A DNA stretch of 22,443 nucleotides, from assembly GCA_910576795.1 (NCBI GenBank), contig CAJTIX010000022.1, forward strand, positions 1-22,443. Reading direction: 5' to 3'. The position numbers were made by a program, and so were the translations under genes. The notes below the pieces were generated by a model, which saw nothing but the letters and a program-made list of their open reading frames with translations, searched no databases and was not told the DNA's origin. Each line of letters starts with the position of its first letter. Positions within the stretch are counted from its first letter, which is position 1. Source of the DNA: an uncultured Bacilli bacterium (GTDB lineage Bacteria > Bacillota_I > Bacilli_A > RF39 > UBA660). Shown piece after piece: positions 1-9,040 of the stretch.

Positions 1-333
1 AAAATATTCAAGGCAACAAATGAAGAGGAATTGGATTGTTTAAGAGGTGAAGAGTATATGGATGAAGCGATTGATGAGATTAGAAGAATTTGTAGAGAAC
101 ATAATATTATAGGAGTATATAATGCAGAGAAAGTAGCAAACAAGGTAATGAACAATAGACTCGATTATGCGAAACAACAGGGATATAATAATGGAGTAGA
201 GGATGGTGTGAAAAAAGGAAAAATAGAAGAAAAAGTAGAGATTGTTAAAAATATGTTAAGAAAAAATATGGATATTCCAACTATTATAGAAATAACAGGA
301 TTGACGAATGAACAAATTGAGGAACTAGTTTAG
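1..333 (+). CDS. C-terminal fragment of an Rpn-family (PD-(D/E)XK / transposase_31-like) recombination-promoting nuclease; the 5' end lies outside the window
   Basis: The frame is open from base 1 to TAG at 331-333. The tail GVEDGVKKGKIEEKVEIVKNMLRKNMDIPTIIEITGLTNEQIEEL resembles the characteristic Rpn-family C-terminus as I remember it. Confidence 0.45.
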   Translation, partial: KIFKATNEEELDCLRGEEYMDEAIDEIRRICREHNIIGVYNAEKVANKVMNNRLDYAKQQGYNNGVEDGVKKGKIEEKVEIVKNMLRKNMDIPTIIEITGLTNEQIEELV

Positions 334-401
334 TTTCTTTTTTGATTTCGTGTAAAAATATAGAATCACAAAAAGAAATTCGTCTCTTTTCTACTGTTAT
401 A

Positions 402-410
402 TGATATAAT
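402..410 (+). promoter_or_regulatory. Extended -10 element (TGATATAAT) upstream of proS
   Basis: TGnTATAAT at 402-410, about 100 nt upstream of the proS ATG. No good -35 was seen. Confidence 0.4.
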
Positions 411-507
411 ACTTGTAAGAAATGTGGTGAATTTTATGTATTCTTTAAAATTTCCCCTTGTGGGTGACATAAAATAAAAATATAACAAAATAGAAAGAGG
501 GAATTTT

Positions 508-2181
508 ATGAAATTAAAATCAAGTTTCTTTTTTACTGTAAGAGAAGATAGCAAAGAAGAAGAAAGTGTAAGTGGAAATCTACTGGTTCGTAGTGGAATG
601 ATTAAAAAAATAGGAACTGGTGTCTATTCTTATCTACCAATGGGATATCGTGTTTTACAAAAGATTGAAAAAATTGTAAGGGAAGAGATGAATCAAACAG
701 GGGCACAAGAACTTGTAATGCCTAGCTTACTACCTGAAGATGTTTATGTTGCAAGTGGCAGAAGGGATATTTTTGGATCTAGTATGTTTTCTTTGAAAGA
801 TCGCATGGAACGTAATTATGTATTGGGACCAACCCATGAAGAATTATTTGTTGCAGTTGCGAAAGAAAAAATCAAATCTTATAAGGATATGCCTTTCAAT
901 TTGTATCAAATGGCCAATAAATATAGAGATGAGCCAAGACCTAGATATGGGTTAATTCGTGTTCGTGAATTTATCATGAAGGATGCTTATAGTTTTGATG
1001 CAGATTTAGATGGAATGGACCTTTCTTATCAAAAAATGTATCAGGCATATCAAGCAATTTTTGATCGTCTTGGATTGGACTATAAAATCGTCAAAGCAGA
1101 TACAGGAGCAATGGGAGGGCTTTTATCAGAAGAATTCCAAGCAGTTACTGATATTGGAGAAGATACGCTCGTCCTTTGTGAGAAGTGTGATTACGCATCT
1201 AATATAGAAGTAAGTGCTTGTGTAGCAAGAGAATTTGCACATGAAGAGTTACTCCCTATTCAAAAAGTACATACACCAAATCATGGAACTATAGAAGAAA
1301 TCACCAATTATTTAAACGTATCAGAAGTGAAAGTTGTCAAAACACTCATTTATCAGGTAGATGGTGAATTCTATGCTTGTATGATTGCTGGAGATTGTGA
1401 TTTAAATGAATTAAAATTAAAAAAATTACTAAATGCCAAAGAAGTTGTACTTGCAGAACCAAATGATGTAGAACGTATTACCAATGCTAAAGTTGGATTT
1501 GCTGGACCAATTGGTCTTGATATACCAATTGTTGTAGATGATGAAGTACTTCATATGTACAATTATGTAGTAGGTGCGAATGAAACTGATTATCATTATC
1601 AAAATGTAAATACTAAGGATTTTACTTATGAAATCCATGGTGATATCAAAAATGTCAAAGAACATAGTGCCTGTCCAAACTGTGGAGCACCACTTATATT
1701 TAAAAAAGGGATTGAAGTTGGAAATACCTTTAAATTGGGTACCAAATATTCAGAAAGTTTAGGGCTTTTATATAGTGATATGGAGAATCATCTAAAGCCA
1801 GTTCAAATGGGATGTTATGGAATTGGAATTGGAAGAATTTTAGCCGCAATTGTAGAACAAAATCATGATGATCATGGAATTTGTTTTCCAACTTCCATAG
1901 CTCCTTATCAAGTTGCGATTGTAGATATTAGTGGGGACGGATATGCAAGTGAATTGCATGATACATTAGAAGATAAGGGAATTGATGTCCTACTAGACGA
2001 TCGTGATGTAAGACCAGGTGTTAAATTTAATGATATGGATTTAATTGGAATTCCAATTCGCGTTACGGTTGGAAAAAAACTTGCAGAGGGCTTAGTTGAA
2101 GTCAAATTGAGAAATGAACAAACATCTAAAGATGTGAAAATAGAAGAGGTTGTTTCTTATATAGAAAAACAATTAGGGTAG
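508..2181 (+). CDS. proS: Prolyl-tRNA synthetase (bacterial type with editing-domain insertion)
   Basis: A 557-aa ORF preceded by RBS AGAGGG. It carries class II aaRS and ProRS motifs: YRDEPRPRYGLIRVREFIMKDAYSF, GCYGIGIGRILAAIVEQ and a C-terminal anticodon-binding region DLIGIPIRVTVG. Confidence 0.95.
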   Translation: MKLKSSFFFTVREDSKEEESVSGNLLVRSGMIKKIGTGVYSYLPMGYRVLQKIEKIVREEMNQTGAQELVMPSLLPEDVYVASGRRDIFGSSMFSLKDRMERNYVLGPTHEELFVAVAKEKIKSYKDMPFNLYQMANKYRDEPRPRYGLIRVREFIMKDAYSFDADLDGMDLSYQKMYQAYQAIFDRLGLDYKIVKADTGAMGGLLSEEFQAVTDIGEDTLVLCEKCDYASNIEVSACVAREFAHEELLPIQKVHTPNHGTIEEITNYLNVSEVKVVKTLIYQVDGEFYACMIAGDCDLNELKLKKLLNAKEVVLAEPNDVERITNAKVGFAGPIGLDIPIVVDDEVLHMYNYVVGANETDYHYQNVNTKDFTYEIHGDIKNVKEHSACPNCGAPLIFKKGIEVGNTFKLGTKYSESLGLLYSDMENHLKPVQMGCYGIGIGRILAAIVEQNHDDHGICFPTSIAPYQVAIVDISGDGYASELHDTLEDKGIDVLLDDRDVRPGVKFNDMDLIGIPIRVTVGKKLAEGLVEVKLRNEQTSKDVKIEEVVSYIEKQLG

Positions 2182-2189
2182 GTGATGGT

Positions 2190-2993
2190 ATGGTGAATTT
2201 ACAATCCAGTATTGATGAATTTCAAAAAGAATATAATCGTAATTATGAAAAAATAGAAGATTTGGAACAAAGTTATAAAAATATTTCAAAACAGTTTAAA
2301 AGAAAAGAACGATTCGAAGCCAAGATTCGAAATGTAATAGAAGTACGTAAACTCAGGGTGCGTAATCAAGTGATTCGATCATGTATAGAATCTTTGGAGA
2401 AAGAACAAAAACAAATTCAAACTTTATCTGATAAATATCTCATTCTTCCAAAAACGGAAAATACGACAAAAGAAGAGTTAAGTCAAACGTATCAACATAC
2501 ACAAGAACAATTGGTAGATCAATATAAACAATTAGATATATTGATAACCCAAGAAACAATAAGCAGTAGTAGTATTCAAAATAGGGTAGAACAGTATATT
2601 TTATTAGTAGAAATGGGATTAATTTCACTGTTACTAGCATCTGTTTTTGTACCAGATATCCTACTATATGAAAAGGGAATTTTATTTGTGATTACATATA
2701 GCATTTCTGGTGTATGTTGTGGTATCCACAATAGAAAACACAAAAAGTTGATAGAAAAATTAAACCATGAATTACATGAGAATCCAGAATATGTGAAGGC
2801 AATTGAGGAGAAGACATCAAATGAATTGACGGAACAGATCACCCATACATATTTAGAGTTACAGCAACAAAAAACATTGTTGGAAATCGAAAATAACAAA
2901 GTGAAAAGTAATATTCAGGTGCAAGAAGGAAAACAAGTAATGGTATCTCAATTACCAGAAATGGATTATGATTTTACAAAACAATATAAATAA
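2190..2993 (+). CDS. Hypothetical coiled-coil membrane protein
   Basis: A 267-aa ORF starting 9 nt after the proS stop. It has charged heptad-like N- and C-terminal regions flanking two hydrophobic segments (LISLLLASVFVPDILLY, ILFVITYSISGVCCGI). I recognise no family. Confidence 0.55.
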   Translation: MVNLQSSIDEFQKEYNRNYEKIEDLEQSYKNISKQFKRKERFEAKIRNVIEVRKLRVRNQVIRSCIESLEKEQKQIQTLSDKYLILPKTENTTKEELSQTYQHTQEQLVDQYKQLDILITQETISSSSIQNRVEQYILLVEMGLISLLLASVFVPDILLYEKGILFVITYSISGVCCGIHNRKHKKLIEKLNHELHENPEYVKAIEEKTSNELTEQITHTYLELQQQKTLLEIENNKVKSNIQVQEGKQVMVSQLPEMDYDFTKQYK

Positions 2994-3002
2994 GGTGATA
3001 GA

Positions 3003-3467
3003 ATGAAAAAAATATGTGCACTTGCATTCATAGTTACAATATTAGATCAATTAATCAAATATCTGTTTACAACTTTTATGACATTAGGGGAAAGTGTGAG
3101 TTTTATTCCCCACTTTTTTTCGTTTACATTTGTGAAAAATACAGGTGTTGCATTTAGTCTATTTTCAGGTTCACAAATTCCGATTATTATGCTTTCTATT
3201 ATTGTCTTATTTCTTCTATGTGTATGGATTCCAAAACAAAAAAAAGATACATGGAATCTATTATCTTTTGGATTATTATTAGGTGGTATTATTGGAAATT
3301 TGATTGACCGAATCTTTCGTCAAGGAGTGTTAGACTATTTGGATTTTGAGTTACTAGGTTATGATGCTCCAATCTTTAATTTGGCCGATATTGCTGTTGT
3401 AGTAGGAAGCTTTTTACTATTAATTATCATGTGGAAGGAGGATAAAAAATGCAAAAATATATTGTAG
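3003..3467 (+). CDS. lspA: Lipoprotein signal peptidase II
   Basis: A 154-aa ORF with four hydrophobic segments. LspA motifs are present: NTGVAFS, GGIIGNLIDR, VLDYLDF and FNLADIAVVVG. Confidence 0.9.
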   Translation: MKKICALAFIVTILDQLIKYLFTTFMTLGESVSFIPHFFSFTFVKNTGVAFSLFSGSQIPIIMLSIIVLFLLCVWIPKQKKDTWNLLSFGLLLGGIIGNLIDRIFRQGVLDYLDFELLGYDAPIFNLADIAVVVGSFLLLIIMWKEDKKCKNIL

Positions 3468-4351
3468 ATGTGGAAGATGTTGGAAGTCGTATCGATGCAT
3501 ATTTATCCAAACAAATGGATTTGAGTAGAAGTAAAATTCAAACAATGATAGAAGAAAAAAAAGTATGGGTCAATCAAAACCCTGTAAAAAGTAGCTATTC
3601 TGTAAAGGAAAATGATGTCGTTGAAGCAGAAGAATATCAAGAAGAAATCATGGATTTGAAGCCAGAAAAAATGGATTTGGATATTGTATATGAAGATGAT
3701 GATTTATTGGTAGTCAATAAAGCCAATGGTGTTGTTGTTCATCCGGCTATTGGAAATCCCAGTGGAACTTTGGTCAATGGACTTTTATACCATTCAAAAA
3801 ATTTAAGTTCTATCAATGGAGAATTTCGTCCTGGGATCGTTCATCGTATCGATGCTTTTACAACAGGGTTGTTGGTAGTTGCGAAAAATAACAAAGCACA
3901 CGAGTCTTTGGCAAAACAGTTGGAAGAAAAAACAACATATCGTAAATATGTTGCTCTTGTATGGGGAATTGTTTCTGCTGATACTGGTACCATTGATGCT
4001 CCGATTGGAAGAGATTTGAATGATCGAAAAAAAATGGCGGTTACCGATATCAACAGTAAAAATGCAGTGACACATTTTAAAGTATTAAAACGTTTTTCCA
4101 ATACCACTTTATTGGAGTTACAACTCGAAACAGGAAGAACTCATCAAATTCGGGTTCATATGGATTATATTGGATATCCTATTGTCAATGATCCTGTTTA
4201 TGGTCGTAGGAAAAAAATAGATGATTCTGGACAATGTCTTCATGCAAAGGAACTTGGGTTTCTCCATCCTACAACAGGAGAATATATGGGATTTACAAGT
4301 GAACTTCCACCATGTTTCTGTCAAATTGTAGAGCAATTTACAAATTCATAA
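3449..4351 (+). CDS. rluD: RluA-family 23S rRNA pseudouridine synthase (RluD-like) with an N-terminal S4 domain
   Basis: A 300-aa ORF with RBS GGAGG that overlaps the lspA end by 19 nt. The catalytic motif HRIDAFTTGLLVVAKN and the motif GRTHQIRVH are present, and lspA-rluD synteny is common. Confidence 0.9.
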   Translation: MQKYIVDVEDVGSRIDAYLSKQMDLSRSKIQTMIEEKKVWVNQNPVKSSYSVKENDVVEAEEYQEEIMDLKPEKMDLDIVYEDDDLLVVNKANGVVVHPAIGNPSGTLVNGLLYHSKNLSSINGEFRPGIVHRIDAFTTGLLVVAKNNKAHESLAKQLEEKTTYRKYVALVWGIVSADTGTIDAPIGRDLNDRKKMAVTDINSKNAVTHFKVLKRFSNTTLLELQLETGRTHQIRVHMDYIGYPIVNDPVYGRRKKIDDSGQCLHAKELGFLHPTTGEYMGFTSELPPCFCQIVEQFTNS

Positions 4352-4793
4352 AATAAATGGTAATACATAAAATACAGGCAAATAAACACCAGTATAGATA
4401 TGGAAGCAAGAATTTACTTGCTTTTTTGTCGATTTCTTTTGTTTCATAATAGACAAATAGAGCTGTAATTAAAGTTGCAACAGAGTCGACGAAACCTAGA
4501 AAAATGTTTTCTAATGTGAAAAAGAAAAAGGGAAATAATTGGTTTAAAATGTAATTGCATAGTAGAGATTTGTTATAACTTTTTAAATAACTAAAATGAT
4601 AAATTTGATATACTTTATAAATACTAATGGCAATCAAAATGTATAAAATGGTCCAGATGATTGGAAATAAAAAGCTAGGTGGAGCAAAAAAGGGAAGATT
4701 CAGTGATGTATAAAAACCAGTATTGGAAGAAAATAGTAGTCCACCTAAAAACCATGGAGCTAAAATAAGCAAAAATGTGATTATTTTTTTCAT
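4338..4793 (-). CDS. TspO/MBR-family membrane protein
   Basis: A 151-aa ORF with five hydrophobic segments. The N-terminal pattern FYTSLNLPFFAPPSFLFPIIWTILYILIAIS fits the TspO signature (Y..L.KP...PP...F..VW..LY). Confidence 0.6.
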   Translation of the reverse strand: MKKIITFLLILAPWFLGGLLFSSNTGFYTSLNLPFFAPPSFLFPIIWTILYILIAISIYKVYQIYHFSYLKSYNKSLLCNYILNQLFPFFFFTLENIFLGFVDSVATLITALFVYYETKEIDKKASKFLLPYLYWCLFACILCITIYFMNL

Positions 4794-4856
4794 GAAAGCA
4801 CCTCTTTACTTATCCTATGAAATAAGATACAATATTATTACTGACTGGAGGAAATT

Positions 4857-6020
4857 ATGGAAGAGATTATGCTAGAAAAAAGCGACGAACTTGTAATGAA
4901 ACTTTTGCATTTTTTCATAACAGAACAAGGATATAACCCAATTGTATTACATGGTGCAAAAAATGAAATCTGGTTAGAAAATTTAGAAAATTCTTATCCG
5001 GTTGTTCGAATTGTATCCAATTATATTCACAATGATGAACAAATGAGTTTTGATTTATATCGTACCAAACAAATATTGAAAAGAGTAAAGAAAAAAACTT
5101 GTTCTTTCCATATGGAGGCTTTATCTTTGTTTTTGAATTTAGGAGAAAGTGTTCATATAGATGACTATACACGTTTTGGAAATATCAGTTGTGCCAACAT
5201 TCAAAAAATATCGGATTTTAAAAAATATCCTTTCATTTTAGAGGAATTCCCAACGATTACGAAAAAAACAAATTTCAAAGAAAAAGGCGCAGAATTGTTT
5301 ATGAAAATTACAAGGGATATTAGTAAGAAGAATGAAGAAGAGTCTAAAAAGGCACAAAATGTATTTGAACCAAAAAAACCAGTTATGACATACTTACTGA
5401 TTGCAATTAATACCATTGTATTTTTAGCAATGTATTTATTTGGCGAAGGCAGTAGGGATGTTTCAACTTTAGTTTACTTTGGAGCAAATTACGGGGCAGC
5501 AGTCAGAAATGGAGAATATTACAGATTGCTTACCAGTGCATTTGTGCATATTGGTTTACTACATTTCATTATGAATAATTATGCTCTTTATATCATTGGT
5601 GCTCAAATTGAAAGTTTTTTGGGTAGATTTAAATATATTGTGGTTTATTTGTTAAGTGCGATTATGGGGAATTTATTATCAATCGTTTTTTCTGAATATA
5701 TCAGTGCAGGTGCAAGTGGAGCAATATTTGGTTTGTTTGGAGCATTGTTGTTCTTTGGTTACCACTACCGAATTTATTTAGGAACTGTTTTAAAATCTCA
5801 AGTAATTCCTTTGATTGTTCTCAATTTAATCATTGGATTTACCATTTCTGGAATTGATAATGCTGCTCATATTGGAGGGTTAATAGGTGGTTATTTACTC
5901 ACTATGGCAGTTGGTGTTCCATATAAATCTACAAGAGCTGAGAAGATCAATGGATGGATTTTAACCTCTATTTTTGCAGTATTTTTGGTATATATGGCTT
6001 TTCATGGAATTGTACTGTAA
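4857..6020 (+). CDS. Rhomboid-family intramembrane serine protease with a cytoplasmic N-terminal domain
   Basis: A 387-aa ORF. Rhomboid motifs are present: FVHIGLLHFIMNNYALY, the catalytic-Ser motif GASGAIFGLFGA and the catalytic-His motif AHIGGLIGG. Confidence 0.85.
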   Translation: MEEIMLEKSDELVMKLLHFFITEQGYNPIVLHGAKNEIWLENLENSYPVVRIVSNYIHNDEQMSFDLYRTKQILKRVKKKTCSFHMEALSLFLNLGESVHIDDYTRFGNISCANIQKISDFKKYPFILEEFPTITKKTNFKEKGAELFMKITRDISKKNEEESKKAQNVFEPKKPVMTYLLIAINTIVFLAMYLFGEGSRDVSTLVYFGANYGAAVRNGEYYRLLTSAFVHIGLLHFIMNNYALYIIGAQIESFLGRFKYIVVYLLSAIMGNLLSIVFSEYISAGASGAIFGLFGALLFFGYHYRIYLGTVLKSQVIPLIVLNLIIGFTISGIDNAAHIGGLIGGYLLTMAVGVPYKSTRAEKINGWILTSIFAVFLVYMAFHGIVL

Positions 6021-6035
6021 AGTAAATGTGGAAAT

Positions 6036-6068
6036 GATTATCTTTTATGGTAATCTTTCTTTTTTTTC
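6036..6068 (+). terminator. Weak intrinsic terminator after the rhomboid gene
   Basis: An imperfect stem GATTATC/GGTAATC (6036-6055) is followed by the T-rich run TTTCTTTTTTTTT. Confidence 0.35.
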
Positions 6069-6097
6069 GCTATAATGAGTTTAGATAGGTGAAGAGT

Positions 6098-7132
6098 ATG
6101 AAGAAAGCAGTTCAAGTATTGTTTGTTATATTATTTTTATTATTGATTGGTTTGGGTATTGTATTTGGTGTTTCAAAGGTGTTACAGAAAGAGAATCATT
6201 CAAATGAAGAGGAACAACCACCAGTGGAAGAAATTCCAGTTCCCAAATTACAGATTATAGATGAAGATTCTAATAGTAGACCTTATGCGGTTATGATCAA
6301 TAATCATGCGCAAGCCAGAAAGAATCATGCAGGTTTACAAGATGCATATGTCGTATATGAGATGATTGTAGAGGGTGGTTTGACACGTTTGATGGCGGTT
6401 TTTAAGGATCAAACAACAGCGCGCATTGGATCTGTTCGTAGTTCTCGTCATAATTTTTTGGATTATGCATTAGAACATGATGCGATTTATGTTCATTTTG
6501 GTTGGAGTCCAAAAGCCCAGACGGATATATCGGCATTAAAAGTTTCCAATATTAATGGATTATATGATGATGGTTTTTATCGAGATCGTAGTCTAGGTGT
6601 TGCTTATGAGCATACGGCATTTACAGATATGGAACGTATTCAAAATACAGCTACTCAGAAAGGATATCGTATGACTTCTGAACAACCTTTGTTACTTCAT
6701 TATAGTGTTGATGAGATTGGATTAGAGGAAAGGGAAGATGCGATTTTAGCTTCTTCTGTTATTCTAAGATATTCTGCATATGTAACTTCTTCTTATCAAT
6801 ATGATGAGGCTAGAAAAGTATATTTGCGTTCTGTAAATGATGAAATTCATAAAGATGCGATTACTGGTGAACAATATTATTTTAAGAACATTATTATTGC
6901 AAATGTAAATAATTATAATATGGATTCTTATGGAAGACAAAATTTAGATACGGTTGGAACAGGAACAGGCTATTATATGACAAACGGGTATGCTGTACCA
7001 ATTACTTGGAGTAAATCTTCCAGAACTGCACAAACGGTATATTCATATTTAGATGGAACCCCAATTACTGTGAATGATGGAAACACGTTTATTCAAATAT
7101 TTCCAACGAATCAAACTGCAATTATTTCATAA
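6098..7132 (+). CDS. DUF3048 (YerB-like) secreted or membrane-anchored protein
   Basis: The ORF track starts at GTG 6089. ATG 6098 has better RBS spacing (AGGTGA at 6086-6091). There is an N-terminal TM/signal segment, and PYAVMINNHAQARKNHAGLQDAYVVYEMIVEGGLTRLMAVF matches the DUF3048 core as I remember it. Confidence 0.8.
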   Translation: MKKAVQVLFVILFLLLIGLGIVFGVSKVLQKENHSNEEEQPPVEEIPVPKLQIIDEDSNSRPYAVMINNHAQARKNHAGLQDAYVVYEMIVEGGLTRLMAVFKDQTTARIGSVRSSRHNFLDYALEHDAIYVHFGWSPKAQTDISALKVSNINGLYDDGFYRDRSLGVAYEHTAFTDMERIQNTATQKGYRMTSEQPLLLHYSVDEIGLEEREDAILASSVILRYSAYVTSSYQYDEARKVYLRSVNDEIHKDAITGEQYYFKNIIIANVNNYNMDSYGRQNLDTVGTGTGYYMTNGYAVPITWSKSSRTAQTVYSYLDGTPITVNDGNTFIQIFPTNQTAIIS

Positions 7133-7158
7133 CCTATGTTGAAAAACATAGGTTTTTC
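7131..7158 (+). terminator. Rho-independent terminator
   Basis: A perfect 10-bp stem AACCTATGTT/AACATAGGTT with GAAA loop is followed by TTTTT. It overlaps the stop codon. Confidence 0.85.
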
Positions 7159-7266
7159 AATGGCTATCCTTATTTTATAGAAATAAATTTAAAAAATGTT
7201 ACAAAAATAATGATTAAATTCTAAATTTTATGATATAATGTAATAGTACTTGAGGTGAAAGTAAAA

Positions 7267-7779
7267 ATGGTCAATTATCATCGAGACAATCAATATATGA
7301 AATTAGTGAGTCCGATTTTAGAAAATAAAGAATTTAGTCAGTTAGAAACAGTGGTCCATCATGGTACAACTCGTATGAATCATTCTCTTAGAGTTTCTTA
7401 TTATTCTTATAAAATTGCGAAAGCTTTATGTTTGGATTATGATCAAGTTGCACGCGCTGGATTGTTGCATGATTTCTTTTTAGATCGTACTGTAGATTAT
7501 GAAAAAACAAAGGATAAAGTTTTATTATTTACAACAGGACATCCTAAGGTAGCTGCTGAGAATGCAAAAAAGTATTTTTCTTTGACGGAAAAAGAAGAAG
7601 ATATGATTAAAACTCATATGTTTCCAGTTGACTATCGTATTCCAAAATATGCAGAGAGTTGGATTATATGTGCAGTGGATAAGCTTGTAGGACTTTATGA
7701 GTTTGGGCGTAAGTTTAAATATCAACTTACATACGGATTTAATTTTTCTTTATTACTCATGTTAAATATTTTAAAATAG
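7267..7779 (+). CDS. HD-domain phosphohydrolase
   Basis: The track starts at GTG 7255. ATG 7267 sits 8 nt after RBS GAGGTGA, and an extended -10 TGATATAAT lies at 7231-7239. The motifs H..R(HSLRVS) and the HD dyad in LLHDFF are present. Confidence 0.75.
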   Translation: MVNYHRDNQYMKLVSPILENKEFSQLETVVHHGTTRMNHSLRVSYYSYKIAKALCLDYDQVARAGLLHDFFLDRTVDYEKTKDKVLLFTTGHPKVAAENAKKYFSLTEKEEDMIKTHMFPVDYRIPKYAESWIICAVDKLVGLYEFGRKFKYQLTYGFNFSLLLMLNILK

Positions 7780-7798
7780 GGTAAAACCTATTTTTTTT
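7776..7798 (+). terminator. Weak intrinsic terminator after the HD gene
   Basis: A 5-bp stem ATAGG/CCTAT is followed by a T8 run. Confidence 0.4.
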
Positions 7799-7826
7799 CG
7801 AATTCAATATGATACAATATTAACAA

Positions 7827-7902
7827 GTTCTCGTAGCTCAGCAGGATAGAGCAGTCCCCTCCTAAGGGACCGATACGGGTTCGAGTCCTGTCGGGAACAC
7901 CA
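7827..7902 (+). tRNA. tRNA-Arg (anticodon CCT), CCA encoded
   Basis: Folded by hand into a cloverleaf: acceptor GTTCTCG/CGGGAAC, D-arm GCTC..GAGC, anticodon stem GTCCC/GGGAC with loop CTCCTAA (anticodon CCT), T-arm ACGGG-TTCGAGT-CCTGT, discriminator A and CCA. Confidence 0.9.
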
Positions 7903-7915
7903 TTTATGGACAATT

Positions 7916-7940
7916 AAACTGATACTATACATCAGTTTTT
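7916..7940 (+). terminator. Intrinsic terminator after tRNA-Arg
   Basis: An 8-bp stem AAACTGAT/ATCAGTTT with a 7-nt loop runs into TTTTT. Confidence 0.6.
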
Positions 7941-7995
7941 GTTTATGTGTAAATATTATTTAGAAAATAATTTATGAAAATAAGAGGAAAGTATT

Positions 7996-8253
7996 ATGGT
8001 AGATTGTAATGAATTATATCGTCTGATTGGTAAAAATTTATCAAATATTCGTCATAAGTTTGGAATTGGGACTCAAGCGAAATTGTCAGAAGATACAAAT
8101 TTAAGTATGAGTTTTATTTCACAGATTGAAAGCCCAAATGTTGATAAAGGGATATCAATAGACACATTATTTTTAATTAGCCAACAATATTGTATAGATA
8201 TTCGTAGGTTTTTTGATGATTATGAAAAGTTAATGTCACTAGAAAAAGAATAA
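7996..8253 (+). CDS. XRE-family helix-turn-helix transcriptional regulator
   Basis: An 85-aa ORF with RBS AGAGGAAA. LRHKFGIGTQAKLSEDTNLSMSFISQIES fits the HTH_3 pattern (Q..LA....S.S.IS.IE). It is the first gene after the tRNA. Confidence 0.65.
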   Translation: MVDCNELYRLIGKNLSNIRHKFGIGTQAKLSEDTNLSMSFISQIESPNVDKGISIDTLFLISQQYCIDIRRFFDDYEKLMSLEKE

Positions 8254-8455
8254 TTTTAACTCTCTTTCACATTTTTCGATGGTAAGTGACCGATATGATT
8301 TTAAATTTAGCTAGGACACTGATAGTTTATTTACTATTGTTATTTAAGTTAAGTTTTTTTGTTTTGTTTATAATATATATTTTTTATTAATTTCCGAACT
8401 ATCTTTTAAAAAAAGAAAAACTTATGTTATAATACCAACTAGGAGTTGTGATGTT

Positions 8456-9040
8456 GTGCTGCAAGTAAATAGAAATGGTGCCTTGAAAATACCAAAGGAA
8501 ATTGAATTATATGAGACCAATTCTAATAGTATAGATGATGCGATTGCAATTAAAAAAGCTTTGGCGATTGCAAATGAGCAAAAAATAAATACAAATAAAT
8601 TAAAGGAACAATTGGAAATGGAAGACCAAGATCTTCAAATGATTTCTAAGATTCCATTCAATGCAAATGATTTAATGGTAATTACAGTAGTGAAAAAATT
8701 AGGTGCTTATGTAATTGCTGTGACAGAGAAATCACCCAAAAAATTTAGAGGTGTATTTGTCAACCGTATGCAAAATTATTGTTTGGATGCTTTAGAGTTA
8801 TTATTACAAGCCAATTTTACTCGAATGGATTCTCAAGCAAACAAGATGATACGAGACCAATTTCAAAAAGAAGCTATTGTAAAATTAAAATTGCTAGGTT
8901 ATGTTGCCATGGTAGCGCAGAGTTCCAATTGTATTTTAATGCGTCAATATAAGCAAATATCCATTCAACTCGCAGAGGCGATTAATTTGATTGTTGCTTG
9001 GAAAAAGAGTGATGATGAAAGATGGCGTAAGAAAATTTAG
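8456..9040 (+). CDS. avd: Avd-like DGR accessory protein (four-helix-bundle family) with an N-terminal extension; start uncertain
   Basis: It lies directly upstream of the TR. The C-terminal ~120 aa (AVTEKSPKKFRGVFVNRMQNYCLDALELLLQAN ... ISIQLAEAINLIVAWKKS, basic tail) parallel the BPP-1 Avd layout (P+K motif in helix 1-2, basic C-terminus) as I remember it. GTG 8456 follows AGGAG (8441-8445) by 10 nt. In-frame ATGs at 8615 and 8639 would give a more typical Avd size. Confidence 0.55.
   Translation: MLQVNRNGALKIPKEIELYETNSNSIDDAIAIKKALAIANEQKINTNKLKEQLEMEDQDLQMISKIPFNANDLMVITVVKKLGAYVIAVTEKSPKKFRGVFVNRMQNYCLDALELLLQANFTRMDSQANKMIRDQFQKEAIVKLKLLGYVAMVAQSSNCILMRQYKQISIQLAEAINLIVAWKKSDDERWRKKI

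Noticed and set aside
334-507. Possible T-box riboswitch leader upstream of proS.
   Set aside because: The leader from the -10 element to the ATG is only about 100 nt. I could not find the conserved T-box sequence (AGGGTGGTACCGCG-like), a specifier-loop architecture or a terminator/antiterminator pair.
4338-4351. The 14-nt convergent overlap of the rluD and tspO-like 3' ends, with no intervening terminator.
   Set aside because: This is a real feature of the sequence but commonplace in compact genomes. I see no evidence of regulatory significance.
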